Shown: positions 24,274 through 36,228, counted from the stretch's first letter. The stretch is 64,000 nucleotides of DNA from Dendrobates tinctorius (GCF_039654945.1 NW_027361700.1:2294001-2358000), one strand, 5' to 3'. The notes: generated by a model from the sequence alone, not told the origin. Made by a program: numbers and translations.

Positions 24274-25149
24274 ATGCCGCTGGTTCGGGTGTCAATGGCT
24301 ACGTCAACTTGGAATGCCTATGGTAAGTTGTGGCAGGACTGTTGGGTTTTTGCAGTTAACCTTCCTGTACATACTTCTAGTGGGGCAAGGTTGGAGGCGA
24401 CAGAGTTTTATTTGCAACACCTGCATGCCTGTGGTTCCTCGGCAGCGGTTGCCAGGAATAGGTTATCAGGGTTGTCTTTTCATTTTAAATTGAGAGAATG
24501 GGAGGATGTCACGAAAAGTTTAATTTTTCGCCAGGCTCTAAAGGGTTGGAAAAGTGCTTGAGATCAGAGCTTTGTTAGACGGCTGATTTCTTTTTCTCTT
24601 TAGGCTCGTATTATTGCTAGCACAAATTCAGTGTGCAGCTCTCATTTTGAATTGGTATTGTTTTTGTCGGCTTTCGGAATCGCCTTTTTCATGGTGCTGC
24701 GGGTTAGTGAGCTGGTAGCTCCTTCGTCACGCATGCCTGGTGGCTTACAACATAATGACGTTTCATTTTGCAATGGTGGGATTCGTATTCGGCGTTCAAA
24801 AACAGACCCCTCAGGTAATGGCTTATGGTTTCCTTTGTTTTCCATTGCTGGTCCGATTTGCCCCATTAAATTGGTCTCACAGTATTTGGCAATAAGGCCG
24901 GATAGTCGCTCTTTTTTCGCCCACAAGGATGGATCGTCGTTGACGAGATTTCAGTTTTTGGCTCTATTACGGCGAATTTTAATGTTTTTAGGTCTGCCCC
25001 CTGGGGAATTCGGTACTCATTCCTTCAGGATTGGTGCAGCCACCGAGGCTGCTCAAGCGGGTTTTATGGATGATGAGATTATGAGGATTGGTAGGTGGCG
25101 TTTGACCTGTTTCTCTCGCTATATCAGACCTGAATTGTTAGTGTCATAA
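24274..25149 (+). pseudogene. Tyrosine recombinase
   Basis: LRVSEL, RSKTD, HSFRIGAAT, GRW...YIR catalytic residues; internal stop near 24561. Confidence 0.92.
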
Positions 25150-25150
25150 T

Positions 25151-25409
25151 TAGAGTTGAGCGACTTTGGTCGGATCGGGTTTCGTGAAACCCGAATGAAA
25201 CAAAATAAGTTTCAGATGAAACTCGTCCGACTAGAGCAAAACAAAGTCGGAGTTTCGTCCGAAACCCGACCCCAATGCAAGTCAATGGGAAATAAAAGTC
25301 GGACGAAACTCCGACTTTTTTTGCTCTAGTCGGACGAGTTTCATCTGAAACTTATTTTGTTTCATTCGGGTTTCACGAAACCCGATCCGACCAAAGTCGC
25401 TCAACTCTA
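25151..25409. mobile_element. hAT MITE, nearly fully palindromic
   Basis: TAGAGTTGAGCG...CGCTCAACTCTA TIRs, 8-bp TSD GTCATAAT. Confidence 0.95.
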
Positions 25410-25454
25410 GTCATAATAGCTTGATTTGCATTTATATTTCAGTTTTTCTCATTT

Positions 25455-26042
25455 TAGGTAGTCCCAGGCCAAGTGTTTGGATCCTTGGTCACTCTTATGT
25501 GCTTTGGGCCGAGCAGAGAGCTGAATTGCGTCCTGGCGGAAGATCACTCGGTTTCCGCAACGTGGATGTAAATTGGAGAGGCATACGTGGGTTGACATGG
25601 TCTCAGGTGTTGATTGAGGTGGTTCAAATATCAAGGATGGCGACCCAGGCTGTTATCTTGGTTCTGCCTGCGGAAATGATTTGGGTTCGATACAGCTGAC
25701 TGAGCTCCTCACATTAATGCAGGCAGATCTGGATAAGTTCCCAGGTTTTTTCTAGCAACTCGTCATTGGTCAGAAATTATCCCCAGGGTGGTGTGGTGTG
25801 GTGCACGTGATTGGGTGGGTATTGCGCGAGCACGAAGAGCGGTCATCCATCGCATTTTTCGGTTCGTGCATTTTAAGGGTGGGATTATTGTGAGACATAA
25901 ACAGTTGGAAGGTAATAACGCCAGGATGTTGCGCCCGGACGGGGTACATTTGACAGACATTGGATTAGACATATTTTTGTCGGGTTTGCAAAATGGGATT
26001 GAGGAGGCATTGTTTGCTTTGGGTGGGGGGTCGTACCTCTGA
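25455..26042 (+). pseudogene. SGNH/GDSL hydrolase-like ORF of the Ngaro element
   Basis: Block I VWILGHSY, block II GIRG, a frameshifted GND block and block V DGVHL. Confidence 0.8.
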
Positions 26043-26564
26043 GGTGTCATAGCTACTCCTTGGCGGAAGAGCAAGTTGGGTAACATGTGCTGGGAGTCTG
26101 GCGGCATATCCCCACAACTTCCGGTGGTTAACTGAGAGAGAGCTGCGACCCTACCCCTCCAACAAAAGGGTTTTCTATAGAAGATGAAAGTTGTTTTTAC
26201 CTTGTTACACTCCAATAAATTTATGTTATTTTAAAAATACAAGTGTGTTTCTTTTGCGTTAGAAGAAGGGGAAAGAGTTTTATGGTCTGAGCAGTCTGCG
26301 GGGGCCCGGCTTTATTTGCCAGGGGCCCCCTGACTAGCCAAACCAGTTATGACGGGGCTTTTCACCCCTTTCTTCCCCCTTTTCCTCCGGGAAGTGAGGA
26401 AGGGGTTAATGGTAATTTTCCCCTGCTGTATGATAGAGCGACGCAGGCACTGTCACTTCCTGGTTCAGGGTTTTTTTCTCCCCCCCCCCCGCCCTGGGGG
26501 TATAGAATGAATTGCCTGAGGCGTTTTCTGCCTCTTTGAACCTGGAGCAGCGAGCTCCATCAGG

Positions 26565-27125
26565 GTCAGTGATGATAATGTGTGTAAACTGTAAAGCGCG
26601 CAGAATATGTTAGCGCTATATAAAAATAAAGATTATTTATTATTTATTTATTTGTTCTGACCAGCCATAATGTAAAAATTTAGGTGTTCATGTAATGCTG
26701 TGTGAACCGGTTATCAGCCAGAATATGTAACAGTACAGACACAGAGGGCTATTAAATGCATAAAGTGTGTGAGAACATGATATGAGGAACCTGGTTATGG
26801 TGAAAATTTTGAATGGGAAACACAGTGATAGTTAAATAAATGTATTTTTAGCTGTAGGCCAGCCTGAAAAAAAGCTTTTATAGGGCACGCTTAAAACTGT
26901 GGGTATTGAGGATTAATCAAATTATCCTGGGTAGTACATTCCAAAGAATTGGCGCAGCTCGTGAGGAGTCTTGAAGACAAGAGTGGGAGGTTCTGATTAT
27001 TGAGGGCACGGGTAAGGTGGTAGACTGAGACAAGGGAGGACATATAGGGTGGTGCTGAACCGTGGAGTGCTTTGTGGGTGAGAGTGATAAGTTTATATTG
27101 AACTCTGAAGTGGATGGATAATCAG
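26565..27125. mobile_element. L2 fragments: plus-strand 3' tail (26565-26652) abutting a minus-strand L2 3' region (26655-27125)
   Basis: Same tail as 6957; minus strand gives LQDSSRAAPILWNVLP, typical of the L2 ORF2 C-terminus. Confidence 0.7.
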
Positions 27126-27393
27126 CAGGGGCTGGCTGGCAAATCTTAGCCAGGGGGGCAAGCACACAACAGTGGCCCATGAGTTGCGGCAGCCTATCTT
27201 TAACCTACTTACCTCAGGTTGCTGCAGAAAACAGCAACCAAGTTTGCTAAATAGATACGGTAGCAAAACAAAGCTTTCTACGTAGTTACCTGATTAAAAA
27301 CAAGCTTAATACATATATGGGAACAGAACTAAGCTTGTAACATGTATATGTTAACAGAGCAAAGCTTACTACATAGATACAGGAGTCAATATA

Positions 27394-28286
27394 CACTCAC
27401 TGGCCACTTTATTAGGTACACCTGTCCAACTGTGTGTTAAGACTTAATTTCTAATCAGCCAATCACATGGCGGCAACTCAGTGCATTTAGGCATGTAGAC
27501 ATGGTCAAGACAATCTCCTGCAGTTCAAACTGAGCATCAGTATGGGGAAGAAAGGTGATTTGAGTGCCTTTGAACGTGGCATGATTGTTGGTGCCAGAAG
27601 GGCTGGTCTGAGTATTTCAGAAACTGCTGATCTACTGGGATTTTCACGCACAACCATCTCTAGGGTTTACAGAGAATGGTCCGAAAAAGAAAAAAAATCC
27701 AGTGAGCGGCAGTTCTGTGGCCGGAAATGCCTTGTTGATGCCAGAGGTCAGAGGAGAATGGGCATACTGGTTCGAGCTGATAGAAAGGCAACAGTGACTC
27801 AAATTGCCACCCGTTACAACCAAGGTAGGCAGAAGAGCATCTCTGAACGCACAGTGCGTCGAACTTTGAGGCAGATGGGCTACAGCAGCAGAAGACCACA
27901 CTGGGTACCACTCCTCTCAGCTAAGAACAGGCATCTGATGGCTACTTTCAGCAGGATAATGCGCCATGTCATAAAGCTCGAATCATCTCAGATTGGTTTC
28001 TTGAACATGACAATGAGTTCACTGTACTCAAATGGCCTCCTCAGTCACCAGATCTCAATCCAATAGAGCATCTTTGGGATGTGGTGGAACGGGAGATTCG
28101 CATCAGGGATGTGCAGCCGACAAATCTGCGCCAACCTGCCATCATGTCAATATGGTCCAAAATCTCTGAGGAATGCTTCCAGCACCTTGTTGAATCTCTG
28201 CCACGAAGAATTGAGGCAGTTCTGAAGGCAAAAGGGGGTCCAACCCGTTACTAGCATGGTGTACCTAATAAAGTGGCCAGTGAGTG
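27394..28286 (+). mobile_element. Internally deleted Tc1-family transposon, DD36E (Incomer-type)
   Basis: TIR CACTCACTGGCCACTTTATTAGGTACACC, TA TSD; ORF from 27542 MGKKGDLSAFERGMIVGARR; QQD...PIE spacing counts 36; deletion near 27930. Confidence 0.92.
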
Positions 28287-28346
28287 TATAAGGAAACAGA
28301 ACCAAGCTTACTACAGTATGGGAACACACCCAAGCTAATTACAGTA

Positions 28347-29505
28347 CAGTGGAGAAAAAAAGTATTTAGTCAGCCACCAATTGTGCAAGTTCTCCCACTT
28401 AAAAACATGAGAGAGGCATGTAATTGACATCATAGGTAGACCACAACTATGAGAGTAAAAATGAGAAAACAAATCCAGAAAATCACCTTGTCTGATTTGG
28501 CAAGATTTATTTTGCATATTATGATGGAAAATAAGTATTTGGTCACCTAAAAACATGCAATATTTCTGGCTTTCACAGACCTGTAACGTCTTTAAGAGGC
28601 TCCTCTGTCCTCCACCCTTTACCTGTAGTAATGGAATCTGTTTGAACTTGTTATCTGTATAAAAGACACCTGTCCACAACCTAAAACAGTCACACTTAAA
28701 ACTCCACTATGATGAACTATAATGAAGACCAAAGAGCTGTCGAAGGACACCAGAAACAAAATTGTAGCCCTGCACCAGGCTGGGAAGACTTAATCTGCAA
28801 TAGGCAAGCAGCTTGGGGTGATGAATATGAAATGAACTGTGGGAGCAATAATAAGAAAATGGAAGACATACAAAACCTCTAATAATCTTCCTCAGTCTGG
28901 GTCTCCACGAAAGGTCTCAGCCCGTGGGGTCAAAATAATCACAAGAACGGTGAACAAAAATCCCAAAACCACACGGAGGGACCAGCACGACTGATCCGTG
29001 TACATGAAAGAATGAATGGGTCATGTATCGTGAGATTTTGAGTGCAAATCTCCTTCCATCAGCAAGGGCACTGAAGATGAAACGTGGACGGGTCTTTCAG
29101 CATGATAATGATCCCAAGCACACCACCAGGGCAATAAAGTAGTGGCTTTGTAAGAAGCATATGAAGGTCCTGGAGCGGCCTAGCCAGTCTCCAGATCTCA
29201 ACCCCATAGAAAACCTTTGAAGGGAGTTGAAAGTTCATGTTGCCCAGTGACAGGCCGAAAACATCACTGCTCTAGAGGATATCTGCATGGAGGAATGGGC
29301 CAACATACCACCGACAGTGTGTGCCAACCTTGTGAAGACTTATAGAAAACATTTGACCTCTGTCATTGCTAACAAAGGATATATAACAAAATATTGAGAT
29401 GAACTTTTGTTAATGACCAAATACTTATTTTCCACCATAATTTGCAAAATAAAGCGGGAGAACTTGCACAATTGGTGGCTGTCTAAATACTTTTTTTCCC
29501 TACTG
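28347..29505 (+). mobile_element. Internally deleted Tc1 DD34E transposon
   Basis: TIR CAGTGGAGAAAAAAAGTATTTAGTCAGCCACCAATTGTGCAAGTTCTCCC, TA TSD; [15 protein letters not shown]; HDNDPKH...SPDLNPIE spacing 34; stops present. Confidence 0.92.
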
Positions 29506-29934
29506 TATATACTGTATTTAAACACTGTAACACAACAAAGTCAAGTACATACTTATGGAAACACACCAAAGCTTACTACAAATTAATGATCATAATAGAT
29601 ATTACTAACAATAGCAGAGATGACACCAGAATACTTTTTTCATGTATGTGTTTAACCCTCCGTCAGGCGCAATAGATCTGACAGGCACACAGTAATTAGT
29701 TTCACTTCTCTCTCCTTGCCCACTTATCAGAAAACCCCACCCCTCCTAGTTATCTCCTGACTCTACAGGCTCTGTGAAACCTGATATCACAGTGACTCCG
29801 CAGACCTTCTAGTGAGCAGATATCAACACTTTGGCTTCTCAGGCACATTGCGCCTGATTTCAACACAAATTGAAAGGTTAGTATTTTCTTTTTTTATTCA
29901 TCACGATTGTGTATTTAGCTTGTTTTATGAAGGA

Positions 29935-30350
29935 TTAATGAGGCCTTTCAATTAACGCGCCATGTAATGAGGCCATATCCACGGCGCAACCTGGACCACC
30001 GGCGCAGGATATTTAACTTGCGTCTATCACGTGCCCGGTGACTGGTGGAGTGTGCCTTTGATATTCTTTGTGCCAAATGGCGTGTTTTCCAGTCAGCCAT
30101 TCAGCTGAGTGAACAAAATGTCAGTGAGGTAATCAAAGCATGTGTGGTCCTACATAATTTCACCAGGATTCATGATTGCTCTGCCTCTGATGGTGTGGTG
30201 CGTGTGACAGACAATGTGCACAGGGCGAGAGCTCATGTCAACCCTACCCGTCGTCCACTCTCTGGTCTCAAAGTGCGTGATATTTACACAAATTATTTTG
30301 TCACCTGAGTGGGAAACTTCATGGCATGAGCATGCTGTTTCTATGTTGTA
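29935..30350 (+). pseudogene. Harbinger DDE transposase C-terminal fragment, copy A
   Basis: EAFQLTRHVMRPYP...RLSRAR...VECAFDILCAKWRVF, ACVVLHNF. Confidence 0.9.
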
Positions 30351-30616
30351 ATTTTTCTTTTTTGCCTTTGTAAAAATATATATATTACATCCCCTTATGT
30401 CTTTCTCTGTTTCTAATTCACTGTGTAAGCATATGGCAGCATGTCGTGATGTAAGTGCATCATTGAAAAACACACCAACCATTGAAATTTTCAAATGTTT
30501 ATGTAGGCTTTCTTTTTAAGGCCTTGTGAAACCATATTCTAGCCATATGGTAGTTAGCAAAATAGCCATAATTGGCCTTTGAACTGAAAAAAATGTAGAA
30601 ATTGTACATTACAGCA

Positions 30617-32440
30617 TTAACAACAAATAAAACAAGCAAAATTATAAATTGTGGCATGTAGAGGAGGAGAACGCAGCAGCCCAGCCTGTGTTGCCTGCTG
30701 GCTAGTTTGCCCAACTTGTCCCTCAGCCTGTGTGGGGGTATACTCTTGCCCATGATGGAGGTAGTGGGCCGGCTGATGGGATTGAGGTGGATACTGGGCA
30801 CTATGATATTGGAGACGACTCTCCTGTTGGGGCTGGTAGGGCCGTGAGTCTAAACCACCAAAATGGCTATGTCGTCCCCAACCAGATTGGGACCAGCCTC
30901 CAACACTGGCTGGGAACAAGTGGCCATATTGGTGTGCTGGGTTATACCCTGACATTTGGGGATGATGTTGCCAATGTTGGGTAGGGGGGGAAGGGGGTGA
31001 GATGTAGGCCCACGTGTAGGAGGATCCTCAGACCCTGATTGAGCAAGCAGTTGGGGGTGGGGGTTAAGATGCATGAGATTCCTCGGTGAGAGCTGTCACC
31101 TCTCCAGAAACTCAAACACCTCATAAGGGGTATTGGGGTGTGTGCTTGCATCAATTAGGATCTGAATGGATCCTCGCACACGTAGCCACACCTCACAGGG
31201 AAGGGAACAAAGATAACGGGCAAGGCTGCATGAGTACGTCTCCTCCCCATCATCATTAGCAACTCTGGATAGATAATTTAGGACCCCTGAGTCCACATTG
31301 GTCCTGATATCAGTGACGCCTTTGTCTACCTCGCCGGGATGGCACAGCAGGCTGGGGGGAGCCCTCTAGGTGAACAGTTGGGCTGCTGCTGTTGCCCTCT
31401 TCATCCTGGATGTCGGATGGTGCTGCAGCTGACGGTCCTTGGATTGGCCCTGTTCCTGGTGGTGGTGTTTCTGGTGGCGGCCAGGTTCTAGGGCAGGCTC
31501 AGGTCAAGCAGGAGAAATCACTTGGGCCTTTCTCATTGGAGGGTCACAAGATGGCCCAGACACCTCAACACCTCCACCCACAGGATCGAGGATCGCCTCT
31601 GAATCAGACCCTGTCTGCCTTTCAGTGAGGTTAGACTGAGTTCTGTTATTAAATATAAAATGGAGAAAAATGAAAATTTGGATCGGGTCCTATAAAGCAT
31701 TTGTGTCATGTGGTGTTTTTTGTTTACTTACAGTCTGAGATCCATAATTGGAGCGAGGAAAGAGAGGCAGTCTAAATAAACATATTTCCGCTTTGTGGGG
31801 GCCGCAAAACCCCTTCTTGCTGGCTGCTGTCGCTCACAGCGATACTGGTCACGGATGCTGCGCCAGCGTCTCATCACATCTTCGACTGCAATGTGACATA
31901 AAATAATGAAAAATTAAAATTATGTTAAAACAAGTTTTGGAAGGAGTATCAAAGTCATGTGGCCTACTAGGGTGTGAGTTCTACCCAGGGTGGCATATAT
32001 CATTGTTGCAACCAGGCCATATGCACAGGGTCCCAGTAGCTCAGGGGGCAAGTATCAACTCTTAATCTGGTTTGGCTAGGCATTATGAAGAGCTTGGGGA
32101 CAGGGAAAAATTCTCTCAGGGTAAAACAGGGGGTCCAAAAATAATCTACAGGCCACAAGAGGCCAATATCACAAGCACAGGATGGGGGGCCTACTTGTAA
32201 AATCATTTTTTGATGGCAGGTAATTTGACATACATAATTTAGGGGCACTTATTCATGTGCTGCTGCTCCTCACGTGGCCGATCACCAAAATCAGGGAACA
32301 TTTGTCGACATATGTGCCTCCATGCAGCCTCCTTTCTGGCCCGGTCTTCATAATGTGCATCCCATTGGTCTCATAATTCCGGGCTATCCTGCACAAGAAC
32401 AATTAGCATCTCCACATTCAGATTCAGGTAGGGTGCCATG
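30617..32440 (-). pseudogene. Harbinger Myb/SANT (MADF)-BESS gene, three exons, copy A
   Basis: Reverse-complement homolog of 32845-34683; WRSIRDQY exon ~31731-31886; BESS-like DGEETYSCSLARYL; first donor reads ATAAGT instead of GTAAGT. Confidence 0.8.
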
Positions 32441-32844
32441 ATGCTGTACTCCTTGGAGGCATACTTCCTGGATGTCTGGAGCGCTTTTTGAGCTAATTAG
32501 CATGTCTAAGCTTCCTGATAATTGCTTGGACCATTTCCTGTCACCTGCCAAAGTCGTGCGTATTTCTCGCAAGTCACACGTGTGGTCCCCGTGTAATGCG
32601 TTATTTTTGCACACCCATAGACTTGCATTGGCGTTCTACGGGCATAGTACGCTGACAATCGCAGCATGCTGCGATTGGCACGGACCATAAAATACGCGCG
32701 AGAAATATACGTGTCACACGTGTGAATTGCGAGAAATACGCAGAACTTTGGCAGGTGACAGGAAATGGGCCAACCAATTGTCAGGAAGCTTAGACATGCT
32801 AATAGGCTCAAAAAGCGCTCCAGGTATCCAGGTAGTAAGCCTCC

Positions 32845-34683
32845 ATGGAGTACAACATCATGGCACACTACTACCTGAATGTAGAGATGCTGATTGTACT
32901 AGTGCAGGAGCGTTCGGAAATCTGTGACCAACATGATGCCCTTTATGCCGATCGGGCAAGAAAGGAGGCAATATGGAGGCGCATATGTCGCCAGATGTTC
33001 CACGATTTTGGTGATCGGCCGCGTGAGGAGCAGCAGCAAATGAGTAAGTACAACCAAAAAAAGGGTTGAAAATGACCTCACATCAAAAAAGGCTTTTGGA
33101 AGTAGGCTCCCCCCTTCCCTCCTGTGCTTGGGCTTTCTGTCCCTTGAGGCCTGTAGATTTGAATTTGACCCATTGTTTTACTCTGACATAATTGGTCCCT
33201 GTCCACAAGCTCCTCATCCTCCTAGGCAACCAATTTTAGAGTTGTTACTTGACCCCTGAGCTATTGTGACCCTGTGTATCTGGCCTTGTATCCCCAATTA
33301 TAAATGCCACCCTGGGTAGAAAGCACACCCTAAAAGGCCACATGACTATGCTACTTTTTGAAAAGTTTATTTAGCAAATATGTGAAATTTAGAATATTTC
33401 CTGTCACATTGCAGTTGAAGATGTGATGAGACGCTGGCGCAGCATCCGCGACCAGTAAAGGCGGGAATGTCAGCAGTGGGCCAGGAGTGGTGATGCTGGC
33501 CACACCAAGAGAAAATATGTGTACTATGATCGCCTCTCCTTTCTCTCTCCAATAATGGAACTGAGTCCGTAAGTAGATACCTCACACCACATTACACAGA
33601 TCTTTTACAGGGCCAAAACTAATGATTTTTGTTTTGGCTATTTTATATTTCATAACAGAACTCAGTTTAGCCTTACGGAAAGGGAAACTGGGTCAGATAC
33701 AGAGCCCATCATAGATCCTGTGGCTGGAGGGGAAGAGGTGGCTGGCCCATCTTCTCCCCCTCCAAGAAGCATGGGCCAAGTTTCATATCCTGCTCACCCT
33801 TCGCCTGCCTTTGCATCTGGACCTGCACCACAAACCCCACCACCAGGACCATAGCCACAAGCAGGACCGTCAGCTGCAGCACCATCCGCCATACAGGATG
33901 ATCAGGGCAACAGCAGCAGCAGCCCAACTGCCCAGCTAGAGGGCTCCCCACAGCCTGCTGTACCATCCCGGCGACGTAGAAGAAGGCGCCAGATCCCTAC
34001 CCAAGATAGCCATACAAATGTGGACACAGGCGTACTCAACTATCTTGCTCGAGTGAATAATGATGATGGGGAGGAGGCGTACTCACGCAGCCTGGCCCGT
34101 TATCTTCGGTCCCTTCCCCGTGAGGTGAGGCTACGTATTTGAGGATGTTTTCAGATCCTGATTGACGCAAGCACACCCCCCAATACCCCATATGAGTTAT
34201 TTGAATTTATGGAGAGGTGGCAGTTTTTCCCAAGGAATCTGATGCGCCTTAGACCACACACACACATGCTTGCTGAATCAGGCTCTGAGGATCCTCCTAT
34301 ACGAGGGCCTACACCTCACCCCCTTCCTCCCCCTACCCAACCTTGCCCACAGCAGCCACATATGTTTGCCTCTAACCAACCTCACCAATATGGTCACTTG
34401 TTCCCACCCAGTGTTGGAGGCTGGTCCCAACCTGGTTGGGGACGACATGACTATTTTGGGGGGTATGAGCCACGGGCCTACCAGCCCCAACAGGACGCCC
34501 CTCTCCAGTATCAGTATGCCCAGTACCCACCACAATCACAGGAGGCAGCACACTACCAACATCATGGGCAACAGTATGTCCCCACACAGGGTGAGGGCCA
34601 AGTTGGGTAAAATAGCCAGCAGCCAACACAGGCTGGTCTTCCGCCTTCTCCTCCCCCGACCTACCACCATTGTAATGTTGTAA
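32845..34683 (+). pseudogene. Harbinger Myb/SANT (MADF)-BESS gene, three exons (~32845-33043, ~33415-33568, ~33659-34683), copy B
   Basis: LNVEMLIVLVQER...KEAIWRRI; RRWRSIRDQ*; YVYYDRLSFL; DGEEAYSRSLARYLRSLP; GT-AG introns; premature stops. Confidence 0.85.
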
Positions 34684-34986
34684 GATTGAATGGCAATTAT
34701 TGTTTTTTTTATGTTTTTTGTTCTGCAAATGTGTTGTTTGAAACATTTCAAATCTGCAAAAAGGCCACTTTGTGCCATTGACACATTTATCATATGGCAA
34801 TAATATGGTTTTAAAACAAACAAAAAAAATTGGCAAAAGTAAAAATTTGGCAAAACAATTTTACGTCTCTGTCTCAATTATGCAAAAAGTTCAGACATAC
34901 TAACATACACTTCCCAAGGCAATTACGTAGAGAGAGAAACATAAGGGGTAGAAATAGATATATTTACACAGACAAAATGCAAAAAT

Positions 34987-35580
34987 TTATAACATAGACA
35001 CAGCATGCTCTTGCCAAGAAGTTTTCGCCTCAGGTGACATAAAATAATTTGTGAAAATATCACGCACTTTGAGACCAGAGAGCGGTCTACGTTGAGGGTT
35101 GACATGTGGTCTCACCCTACGCACATTGTCTGACCCACGCACAACACTAGCAGAGGAGGAACAATCATGTATCCTGGTGAAGTTATGAAGAACGACACAT
35201 GCTTTTATTACTTCATTGACATTTTGTTCACTCAGCTGAATGGCAGACTGGAGGACCCGCCATTTGGCACAAAGAATGCCAAAGGAACACTCCACCAGTC
35301 ACCAAGCACGTGATAGGCGCAGGTTAAAAATTCTGCGCAAAGTGGTCCAGGTTGCGCCGGGGATATGGCCTCATTACATTGCACGTTAACTGAAACGCCT
35401 CATCTGCCACAAAGACATAAGGGACTGATTCTTGATTTGCGCCTGGTAGCTGGCGTGGTGGGGGTAGATCCAACTGGTTGGTGCGTAGCCGCAGACCCAT
35501 AATGGAAGTATTGAAGACTCTTGAGTCTCCCGTCCTTCCATAGGCCCCAATGTCGACAATTATAAACTTGTTATGTACAA
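34987..35580 (-). pseudogene. Harbinger DDE transposase C-terminal half, copy B
   Basis: FIIVDIGAYGRTGDSRVF, FVADEAFQL, ECSFGILCAKWR, ACVVLHNF. Confidence 0.92.
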
Positions 35581-36040
35581 AAGAGAAAAAAAGTGATGGC
35601 ACTCACCGTTCTATCGTGAAAATTCTTTATTGATTAAAAGGCATTGGCACGGGAGAAATGTACAGAGAGTGGACGACGGCCGTTTCACGCCCTTGTGCTT
35701 CAACGGGTCCTGAGGCTGGAATGCAGGCAGGTGGAAATTTAGAAGCACACACATGTGGACACACCTCCTGATTTCCAACTCATACTCCCCCAATGAAGTG
35801 AAACATGTGAACAAATTAATCAAACACAGAATTAAAAAACACAAGTTAAAAAAACCTATCATAAAATATGGAAATACAAACACTGAGCAGTTCCTACAAA
35901 AACACCGCCATATCTATTTTCTCATTTAACCCTAAATGTCCTGTGGAATTCGTTCGTAGAATCCACTTAGATTCTCTTTGTAAGAGAATTCTATGATGGT
36001 TTCCCCCTTGGGTTGGCTGTGATACTTTTTCTACACCTGC
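35581..36040 (-). mobile_element. Penelope-like element 3' end (GIY-YIG C-terminus plus pLTR)
   Basis: Minus strand ~36020-35900 reads GGNHHRILLQRESKWILRTNSTGHLGLNEKIDMAVFL; downstream hammerhead-like motif and GGTGAGTGC. Confidence 0.8.
35671..35710 (-). ncRNA. Minimal hammerhead-ribozyme-like motif with variant core
   Basis: Minus strand GGAC-CCGTTGA-AGCACAAGGGCGT-GAAAC-GGCC-GTC-GTCC; stem I GGAC/GTCC, palindromic stem III. Confidence 0.6.
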
Positions 36041-36103
36041 GAACCGCAGCGAATCCCCCATTCACCCCATGAGACCAGGATGGTCTCTGGCCAGGATCCT
36101 CTC

Positions 36104-36228
36104 CCTGTGTGAGCGATCACGTGGTACCGCTCATTAAGGTCTTGAATATGGACGCCACTCCACTGCCATAGGTGTGGCGTCCATATTCATGACCTTAATG
36201 AGCGGTACCACGTGACCGCTCACACAGG
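36104..36228. repeat. ~55-bp-arm hairpin, probably part of the hAT-like element that resumes after 45806
   Basis: GTGTGAGCGATCACGTGGTACCGCTCATTAAGGTC...GACCTTAATGAGCGGTACCACGTGACCGCTCACAC. Confidence 0.8.

Larger units (their letters stand above)
20316..26558 (+). mobile_element. Ngaro-type tyrosine-recombinase retrotransposon (DIRS order), decayed
   Basis: ~250-bp direct repeats at ~20316-20561 and ~26297-26556; domain order gag, RT, RNase H, YR, SGNH hydrolase. Confidence 0.9.

Noticed and set aside
24274-25149. Phage integrase or bacterial contamination
   Set aside because: Lies in Ngaro domain order with RT/RNase H inside direct repeats.
32845-34683. Domesticated host MADF/BESS gene
   Set aside because: Premature stops and tail-to-tail linkage to a Harbinger transposase indicate a transposon copy.
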